The notes under the pieces are model-generated. The model had not been told where the DNA came from and made no database searches. It saw only the letters and a program-made list of their open reading frames with translations. Below are positions 16,507 to 23,055 of a stretch of DNA of 24,884 nt, piece by piece. The stretch is from assembly GCA_040260805.1 (NCBI GenBank), contig JBDQPD010000048.1, positions 1 to 24,884 of the forward strand. The letters run 5' to 3'. The translations under genes were made by a program, and so were the position numbers. The DNA comes from Myxococcota bacterium. GTDB lineage: Bacteria > Myxococcota > UBA4151. The stretch's first letter is position 1. Each line of letters begins with the position of its first letter.

Positions 16507-17970
16507 ATGACGCAACCTGCTCAGCAGCCCGTTCGACCGTACATCTACTACGATACCACCATCTCGGTGTGCAGCCAATGCCTGCGTAAAGTCGACGCGA
16601 AAATCGTCTTTCAAGATGACCAAGTCTTCATGAACAAGCGCTGCCCTACCCACGGCTGGGAGCGCGTCTTGATCGCCGATGACATCGAGTACTACAAGCG
16701 CGCTCGAGAGACCTTTCTCAAGGTCCCTGAGCAGCCGCTGCGCCAGCAAAGCCCCATCCGCTATGGCTGCCCCTACGACTGCGGTCTGTGCGCTGATCAC
16801 GAACAGCACAGCTGCGTGTGCGTCGTCGAGATCAACGACGCCTGCAACCTGACCTGCCCGACCTGTTACGCCAGCTCTGGCACCCACCGCACCACCGAGA
16901 AATCACTCGAAGAGGTCGAGAAGATGCTCGATGTCTTGGGACAGAGTGAGGCGGTTGCGGATGTCGTCCAAATCAGCGGCGGCGAGCCGACCATTCACTC
17001 CCAATTCTTCGAGATCCTCGATGCAGCTAAGGCGCGGCCGATCCGCCACCTCATGGTCAACACCAACGGGATTCGCATCGCCAAAGACCCGGAGTTTGCC
17101 AAATAGCTCGCCAGCTACCAGCCAGGCTTTGAGCTCTATTTGCAGTTTGATAGCTTTCGAAAAGAAGCGCTCGAAGACCTGCGCGGCGCAGACTTACGCA
17201 AGATCCGCAAACAAGCGATCGATCGATGCAACGAACTCGACCTCTCAATCACCTTGGTGGTGACCGTGAAAAAGGGCATCAACGATGACGAGCTCGGTGA
17301 GATCGTTGAGTACGCGCTCAAGCAACCCAGCGTGCGCGGCGTCACCTTTCAGCCCGTCCAGCATGCGGGGCGCTGCGAAGAGTTTGACCCAGCGACCGAC
17401 CGCTTGACCCTGAGTGAGGTGCGCACCGAGCTGCTCAAGCAGAGCGATGTCTTCGCCCCCGCTGATGTCTTGCCGGTCCCGTGCCACCCGGACGCCATCG
17501 CCATGGCTTACGCGCTCAAAATTGACGACCAAGTGATCCCGCTGACGCATATGATTCCAGACGATGTCTTGGTCAATGGAGCGAGCAACACCATCACGTT
17601 TGAGCACGACCCGGCGACCCGTGACGCGCTCTTTGATCTGTTCAGCACCCATCACTCTGAGACCAGCAGAGCCGACTCGCTCAAGGAGCTGCTCTGCTGC
17701 ATTCCCAAGCTCAACGCCCCCAAAGAATGGGGCTACCGGAACCTGTTTCGGGTGATCATTATGGAATTCATCGACGCGCATAACTTTGACGTGCGCTCGG
17801 TCAAGCGCTCGTGCGTGCATTTCGTCCAGTCCGACGGGCGGATCATCCCCTTTGACACCTACAACCTGTTCTACCGCGACGAGCTGACGCAGACGGTGCT
17901 CGAGCCGATCCGCGCCGAGCTTGAGCCGGGTAAGAACTTCCCGCCCGCCCCCAAAAGCGTCCTGCGTTGA
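16507..17970 (+). pseudogene. Tes/GDGT-MAS (MJ0619)-like radical SAM protein, 487 codons, interrupted by an in-frame TAG at 17104-17106 (nonsense allele, sequencing error or readthrough)
   Basis: ORFs 16507..17106 and 17140..17970 are in the same frame and join as EFAK*LASYQPGFELYLQFDS. Motifs: CSQC...KRCPTHG, GCPYDCGLCADH, CNLTCPTC, ISGGEPT, NTNG, FQPVQ..GR and KRSCVH...GRIIPFDTYN. Confidence 0.8.
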
Positions 17971-18164
17971 CCACCTTTTTACTGGTCATGTTGGTCTGCG
18001 GTTTTATCACCGCAGCGATCGCCGAGCGCAAAGGCTACGCGCCGAAGTCATGGTTCTGGCTCGGCGCCATGCTCGGCGTCATCGGGACCTTCATCTTGAT
18101 CATTCAGCCCAACAAAGCCTCAGCGCACGACGCAAAGACAAACGATGCAACCGATCCTCTTTGA
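17967..18164 (+). CDS. Small two-TM membrane protein
   Basis: 65 aa, with two hydrophobic helices around IAERKGY...WFWLG. It overlaps the upstream stop (TTGA) and the downstream start. Confidence 0.65.
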   Translation: MTTFLLVMLVCGFITAAIAERKGYAPKSWFWLGAMLGVIGTFILIIQPNKASAHDAKTNDATDPL

Positions 18165-18957
18165 GCTCGGCGGCACGCCGATTGAGTCGTACCTGGTGAT
18201 GACGGTCATCGCCTGGGCCGTCGGCGGCACCGTATTTTACAAGGAATTTAAGCGGTTAGCGTGGCCTCTTGAGACCATGCTCTTCGTCATGGCGGGCTGC
18301 ATGTTTGGCGCCGCCATCGGCTCGGTGATCTTCTCGCTCTTGTTCTTAGACTGGCACGAGATCGGGCCGCGCCTGCGCGCCACCGAATTTGTCGGGCGCA
18401 CGGTGATCGGTGGGATCATCGGTGGTTACGTGGGCGTTGAGCTCACCAAGTGGCGCCTAGGCTATAAACACTCCACGGGTGACGCGTTCGCCGTGGCGAT
18501 TCCCATCGGTCATGTGTTTGGACGGATCGGCTGCCTGCTCGGCGGCTGCTGCTTTGGGACGCTCACCGATTCGGCGCTAGGCGTCACCTATCCACCAGGC
18601 TCGCCAGCCTTTCTAGCCCACGCCCACGCCGGCTTGATCGACTCCACCGCAGCGGCGAGCCTAGCGGTCCACCCCGCCCCGCTCTATGACGGGCTCTTTG
18701 ATCTGCTCTTGTTTGCGGTGCTCTGGAGCCTGCGCTACCGCTTCTTGCTGCGTGGGCAGCTGTTTCGGATCTATCTCGCAGCCTACGCAGGCGCTCGGTT
18801 CATCCTCGAGTTTGGGCGCGGTGACTTTGGCTTTCCCGACGCGGGCGGACCCAAGCCTGTCCAGGTGCTTTTACTGCTCGCCGCCATCTATTACTCGGTC
18901 AAGGTGTGGTGGACCGAGCGTAGGGCGCAGCAGGCGCTCGAAGTGGCGAGCGCATGA
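18145..18957 (+). CDS. Prolipoprotein diacylglyceryl transferase (Lgt)-family paralog
   Basis: M.PILF.LG..I.SY, GRIGCLLGGCCFG, VHPAPLYD and Y...RFILEF.RGD, with multiple TM helices. Confidence 0.88.
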   Translation: MQPILFELGGTPIESYLVMTVIAWAVGGTVFYKEFKRLAWPLETMLFVMAGCMFGAAIGSVIFSLLFLDWHEIGPRLRATEFVGRTVIGGIIGGYVGVELTKWRLGYKHSTGDAFAVAIPIGHVFGRIGCLLGGCCFGTLTDSALGVTYPPGSPAFLAHAHAGLIDSTAAASLAVHPAPLYDGLFDLLLFAVLWSLRYRFLLRGQLFRIYLAAYAGARFILEFGRGDFGFPDAGGPKPVQVLLLLAAIYYSVKVWWTERRAQQALEVASA

Positions 18958-19553
18958 ACCCGCTTATTCCGTCACGCTGGCTGCTCGGCGCAGCCTTGAG
19001 CCTGCTCGCGCTGATCGGCCACGGCAGCGGCGCGGTGAACCTAGACGGCTTGAATCCGCTGATGTTGAGCGGCTGCGCGCATGACCCAAGCAAGCGGCTC
19101 ACGATTCATCACCTCGATCAAAGTCAAAAGAGCATCACGATCAAAACGCGCCATTGGGTCGCGCTTGAGCTCAAAGACGGCTCGACGACGCAGGGGTATT
19201 TTGTAGGGAAAAGCCCACCTCATATCACACTGAGCACCCTCCGTGGCCAGAGCTGGCTTGTTCCGATGAGCGCCATCCAATCGATACGGTTGCGCACACC
19301 CCGTGATGGTTGGAAATACATCGGCTACGGGTCCCTCATCGGCGCTGTGCCTGCGTCACTCATTGGCGGTGGGATGATGTATAGTATACTCGGTCACTTA
19401 GGAGGCGGTAACACCCCCTTGAATTTCGTCGGTGGTGCCATCGTCTGCGCCCCGCTTGGCGCTGTTCCCGGAGCGGCTCTGGGCGGGGTCATCAGTATAT
19501 TCGATGGCGCAAGCCAGGACCTCGACCTCGAGTCAACCTGGGAGCTCAGGTAA
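18954..19553 (+). CDS. Tandem paralog 1: conserved leader, lipobox-like Cys, small beta (Sm-like) domain and glycine-zipper helices
   Basis: ATGA overlap with the lgt-like gene. Contains HGSGAVNLDGLNPLMLSGCAH, LKDGS and PRDGWKY, shared with the next two ORFs. Confidence 0.8.
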   Translation: MNPLIPSRWLLGAALSLLALIGHGSGAVNLDGLNPLMLSGCAHDPSKRLTIHHLDQSQKSITIKTRHWVALELKDGSTTQGYFVGKSPPHITLSTLRGQSWLVPMSAIQSIRLRTPRDGWKYIGYGSLIGAVPASLIGGGMMYSILGHLGGGNTPLNFVGGAIVCAPLGAVPGAALGGVISIFDGASQDLDLESTWELR

Positions 19554-19611
19554 GCGTCGCTCTCATGCCCTGCGGACGCCGCCACTACCTTGACCCCTAC
19601 GGAGTGCTTTG

Positions 19612-20313
19612 ATGTGGCTTAGACGATCACCATGGATTAGCGGCGCCGTGCTCAGCTCGGTGGCCTTGCTGTGCCATGGCAGCGGCGCGGTTAACTTGGA
19701 CGGCCTCAACCCCCTGCTCGCGGCCGGCTGTGCGCATCAGCCAGGCAGTCGACTAACCGTGCGCTCCAAGCGCCCTGAGGGACTGTTTTTCAAAAAAAGC
19801 GTCACGCTCAAACCAAGCCACAAAGTACGTTTGTTTCTAAAAGACGGCTCCTACGTTGAAGGGCAATTCCTCAAAAAGGTCCTGGGCGGCTTGAAGGGAC
19901 GGACATCGAATGACCCGACACGGGGAGTACCTTCAATCGAGCCCGGCGCTGCGTCGACGCCAGACACGGCGCACGCGATCGTTATCCAACGTCACAACGG
20001 TAGGGTCCGTCGCATTCGGTTCGCTGACATCCACACCATCGGCTTCGTCAAACCGCGCGACGGCTGGAAATATGCCAGCGTCGGAGCCCTAGTCGGAGCG
20101 GTGCCTTTAGCAACCATTGGCGCAGCTTGGGGCTTCAATAACCTTGCAGGGCAAGCCGGTTTGGTCAGCTATAGTTACGGCGAAGCGATCGGAATAACAG
20201 CCATGTGCGCTGGCCTTGGCGGGATCCCGGGCGGAGCGGTCGGTGGGCTAGCAAGCTTGCTGCCGAGCGCTCGCTTCAAGGCGCAGCTCGGGCCCGACTG
20301 GAAGCTCGAGTAG
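19612..20313 (+). CDS. Tandem paralog 2, same family
   Basis: GGAG at 19601-19604 and ATG at 19612. Contains HGSGAVNLDGLNPLLAAGCAH, LKDGS, PRDGWKY and GxxxG repeats. Confidence 0.8.
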   Translation: MWLRRSPWISGAVLSSVALLCHGSGAVNLDGLNPLLAAGCAHQPGSRLTVRSKRPEGLFFKKSVTLKPSHKVRLFLKDGSYVEGQFLKKVLGGLKGRTSNDPTRGVPSIEPGAASTPDTAHAIVIQRHNGRVRRIRFADIHTIGFVKPRDGWKYASVGALVGAVPLATIGAAWGFNNLAGQAGLVSYSYGEAIGITAMCAGLGGIPGGAVGGLASLLPSARFKAQLGPDWKLE

Positions 20314-20379
20314 GCGCTCAACCCGCCCCAGCCTTGTCACGAGGTTCGGTCCACACTAACCTCATCGCGCGGAGCGTCG

Positions 20380-21045
20380 ATGCGTTTTAACCTCTCAGCC
20401 TGGCAAACCGGCGCGCTGCTCAGCGTGATCGCCCTGGCGAGCCACGGCAGCGGCGCCGTCAATTTAGACGGTCTGAACCCCCTGCTCGCCGCCGGCTGCG
20501 CGCATCACCCGGGCAGCCGACTCATGGTCCGCAATGCACGCGATGAAAAGCGGAGCGTCACGCTCAAAGCCAACCACAGAATCCAGCTTACGCTCAAAGA
20601 CGGCTCAACGGTTGAGGGCCTTTTCGTTGAGAAAACCGATGAACCTGCCCCGGCTGCCCGGCCGGAGGTCGCTCCAGACGGGGTCCTCTTTGTCCCTGCC
20701 TCGCCAAGCACGGGCAGATCGGTCACCCTTCAGCTTGAAGATGGCTCAGTGCAACAAGTCCCGATCGCGCAGATTCGAGGCATTGGGTTTAATCACCCGC
20801 GCGACGGGTGGAAGTATGCACGGATCGGTGCGTTCATCGGAGCGATACCGGCAGCCCTTGTCGGTAGTTTGTTGTCTGAAATTGCAGGCGGCGGAGGCAC
20901 ACCATCGATCGATGAAAGACTAGGCTGGATGGCGATTTGCGCGCCCTTCGGCGCCGTCCCGGGTGCGGCGCTCGTTGGGTTGGGCAGCTTTATTCCGGGG
21001 ACACAAGCTGACCTCGAAACCGGCGACGAGTGGCTCCTTGAATAG
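20380..21045 (+). CDS. Tandem paralog 3, same family
   Basis: GGAG at 20371-20374. Contains HGSGAVNLDGLNPLLAAGCAH, LKDGS, PRDGWKY and GxxxG repeats. Confidence 0.8.
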   Translation: MRFNLSAWQTGALLSVIALASHGSGAVNLDGLNPLLAAGCAHHPGSRLMVRNARDEKRSVTLKANHRIQLTLKDGSTVEGLFVEKTDEPAPAARPEVAPDGVLFVPASPSTGRSVTLQLEDGSVQQVPIAQIRGIGFNHPRDGWKYARIGAFIGAIPAALVGSLLSEIAGGGGTPSIDERLGWMAICAPFGAVPGAALVGLGSFIPGTQADLETGDEWLLE

Positions 21046-21186
21046 GTTTTGGTGAGCGTAGCGCGCCCGGTCGCACCTCGAAATCTCGCCCGGCCCAGAA
21101 GCTCCTCACCGACGCTCACACCCAGCCCCTGCGCGGCGCGGATACGTTTGCGGCTCCGCCCTGCGAAATGTTTTTCCCACCGACGC

Positions 21187-21214
21187 TTGACACGCTCTCG
21201 TTCTGGACCACTAT
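21187..21214 (+). promoter_or_regulatory. Candidate sigma70 promoter of the acyl-CoA dehydrogenase gene
   Basis: A perfect TTGACA at 21187-21192, a 16-nt spacer, and CACTAT at 21209-21214. Confidence 0.5.
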
Positions 21215-21224
21215 GAGGGTGCAC

Positions 21225-21238
21225 TGAATGACCATTCA
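21225..21238. promoter_or_regulatory. Palindromic operator, TetR/FadR-like
   Basis: TGAATG-AC-CATTCA, a perfect 6-2-6 inverted repeat between the candidate promoter and the RBS (GGAG at 21244-21247). Confidence 0.65.
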
Positions 21239-21255
21239 TTTACGGAGTACGTGTC

Positions 21256-23016
21256 ATGAGCAATCCCTTTGATCTAGGCGGTGGATTTCTTCCAGTCGAC
21301 GGCCTCGAGTTTTCGATCGTCACCCCCGAGCAGTTCAACGACGACCAGAAGGCTTTCGCTCAAGCGACGCTCGAGTTCATGGACCGAGAGGTGCACCCCC
21401 ACCGCGAGGCGCTCGAGAGTAAAGACTTCCCGCTGATGCGCGAGGTCATGGCGAAGGCTGGCGAGATGGGTCTGCTGGCGATCGAGATCCCCGAGCAGTA
21501 CGGAGGCTTAGGTCTTGACCTGACCACCGCGTGCATCGTCGCCGAGAACATTGCGAGCGACTCGAACTTTGCCACCACCCATTTGGCGCACACCGGCATC
21601 GGCACCTTACCGATCGTCTACTTTGGCAACGACCACTCCAAAGCCATCGTGCTCGAAAAAGCAGCGTCGGGTGAGTGGATCGGGGCTTATTGCCTCACCG
21701 AACCCGGCTCGGGCTCCGACGCCTTAGCGGCTCGAACCCAGGCGCTCAGCGTCGACGGCGGGTTCTCGGTCACCGGCAATAAGCAGTTCATCACCAACGG
21801 CGGATTCGCCGACTATTACACGGTTTTTGCGCAGGTCAACCCAGCGGATGCTGAAGGCGGTCGTAACTTTACTGGCTTCTTAGCGCTGCGTTCCGAGGGC
21901 GGCATCGAGCCGCAAGCCGAAGAGCATAAGATGGGCGTGCGCGGCACCTCCACCACCCCAGTGCGCTTTGAAGAGTGCTTCGTCCCGGACAATCAGCGCC
22001 TCGGCGAAGAGGGCAAAGGGCATCGTATCGCCTTTGGCATCTTGAACATCGGTCGGCTCAAGCTCGGCGCAGCGTCGGTGGGTGGCGCCAAGATCGCCCT
22101 GGGTGGCGCCATGCAGTACGTCAAAGAGCGCAAGCAGTTTGGCAAGTCGATCGCTGACTTCCGCCTCACCAAGCACAAAATCGGCACCCTGGCGGCGGAC
22201 ATCTACGCCGCCGAGTCGATCTTGTACCGCTGCTCGGGCGACATCGACCGCAACATCCACGGGCTCGACGCCAGCGCTCCAGACTTCGCCGAGCAAAAGA
22301 TCAAGGCGATCGAAGAGTTTGCGCTCGAGTGCGCAGTCAACAAAGTCTTTGGCTCCGAGGTGCTCAGCCGCACGGTCGATGAGTGCGTTCAGCTCCACGG
22401 CGGCTACGGCTTCGTCTCCGAATACCCGGCGGAGCGGGCGTATCGAGATTCGCGCATCAACCGGATCTGGGAGGGCACCAACGAGGTCAACCGCATGCTC
22501 ATTCCGGGCACGCTGATGCGGCGCGTGATGCGCGGCAAGCTCATGAGCGTGATGCAGTTCCAGCAAGAGATCAGCCAGGCGCTCGCCAGCGGCGACCCGG
22601 GGATTCCGGAGTACGAAGGCGGAGCCGCCCCGGCGCTCAAGATCGCAGCCCAGCTGCGCCGCCTGAGCATCTTCGTCTCCGGCTTAGCGGCGGCGAAGTT
22701 CGACCGGAAGATCGTTCGTGAGCAGGTCGCCTTGGTCGCCTGCGCCGACCTGATGATTCAAGCCTACACGGTGGACTCAGCCGCTCGGCGTGCCGCCCAG
22801 AGCGGCAGCGAGCTGCAGTGTCAGATGGCGAACCTTCACGCAGCGATGACCATCGATCAAGCGCGAGGCTTAGCGAACCGTACGCTCAAAGACATCGGCG
22901 CTCGGGACGCAATGGCTATGATCCATCCGCTGCTCGATGACGGCGAGCTCAACCTCACGGAGCTGGCCTACCAGGTCTCGGTTCCCCTACTCGATGCGGG
23001 CGCATTCGTCGTCTGA
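21256..23016 (+). CDS. Acyl-CoA dehydrogenase (long form, FadE/VLCAD-like)
   Basis: AYCLTEPGSGSDA, GNKQFITNG, EEHKMGVRGTST, LNIGRLKLG, RKQFG, QLHGGYGF and YRDSRINRIWEGTNEVNR. Confidence 0.95.
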   Translation: MSNPFDLGGGFLPVDGLEFSIVTPEQFNDDQKAFAQATLEFMDREVHPHREALESKDFPLMREVMAKAGEMGLLAIEIPEQYGGLGLDLTTACIVAENIASDSNFATTHLAHTGIGTLPIVYFGNDHSKAIVLEKAASGEWIGAYCLTEPGSGSDALAARTQALSVDGGFSVTGNKQFITNGGFADYYTVFAQVNPADAEGGRNFTGFLALRSEGGIEPQAEEHKMGVRGTSTTPVRFEECFVPDNQRLGEEGKGHRIAFGILNIGRLKLGAASVGGAKIALGGAMQYVKERKQFGKSIADFRLTKHKIGTLAADIYAAESILYRCSGDIDRNIHGLDASAPDFAEQKIKAIEEFALECAVNKVFGSEVLSRTVDECVQLHGGYGFVSEYPAERAYRDSRINRIWEGTNEVNRMLIPGTLMRRVMRGKLMSVMQFQQEISQALASGDPGIPEYEGGAAPALKIAAQLRRLSIFVSGLAAAKFDRKIVREQVALVACADLMIQAYTVDSAARRAAQSGSELQCQMANLHAAMTIDQARGLANRTLKDIGARDAMAMIHPLLDDGELNLTELAYQVSVPLLDAGAFVV

Positions 23017-23055
23017 CGCCTTGTCGGCGGCGCTGTGCTGGGCCAAGGGGTCTGC

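Noticed and set aside
17104..17106. Genome-wide TAG reassignment or pyrrolysine insertion
   Set aside because: TAG ends several genes here at their expected C-termini, including rplS. No pyl genes are in the window, and no other gene has an internal TAG.
17140..17970. An independent 276-aa gene
   Set aside because: It is the in-frame C-terminal half of the radical SAM protein, with a TTG start and no convincing RBS.
17967..18164. RiPP precursor peptide for the radical SAM
   Set aside because: It looks like a two-TM membrane protein, and the rSAM shows no recognisable SPASM or RRE features.
18954..21045. CRISPR array or DNA-level repeat element
   Set aside because: The repeated segments are coding paralogy with synonymous divergence, not identical spaced repeats.
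21052..21119. 8-bp inverted repeat GTGAGCGT/ACGCTCAC after paralog 3
   Set aside because: It has a loop of about 52 nt and no U-tract, so it is too weak to call a terminator or ncRNA.
16440..21255. The rSAM-lgt cluster as a mobile island
   Set aside because: No integrase, transposase, tRNA or flanking direct repeats were seen, and there is no obvious compositional shift by eye.
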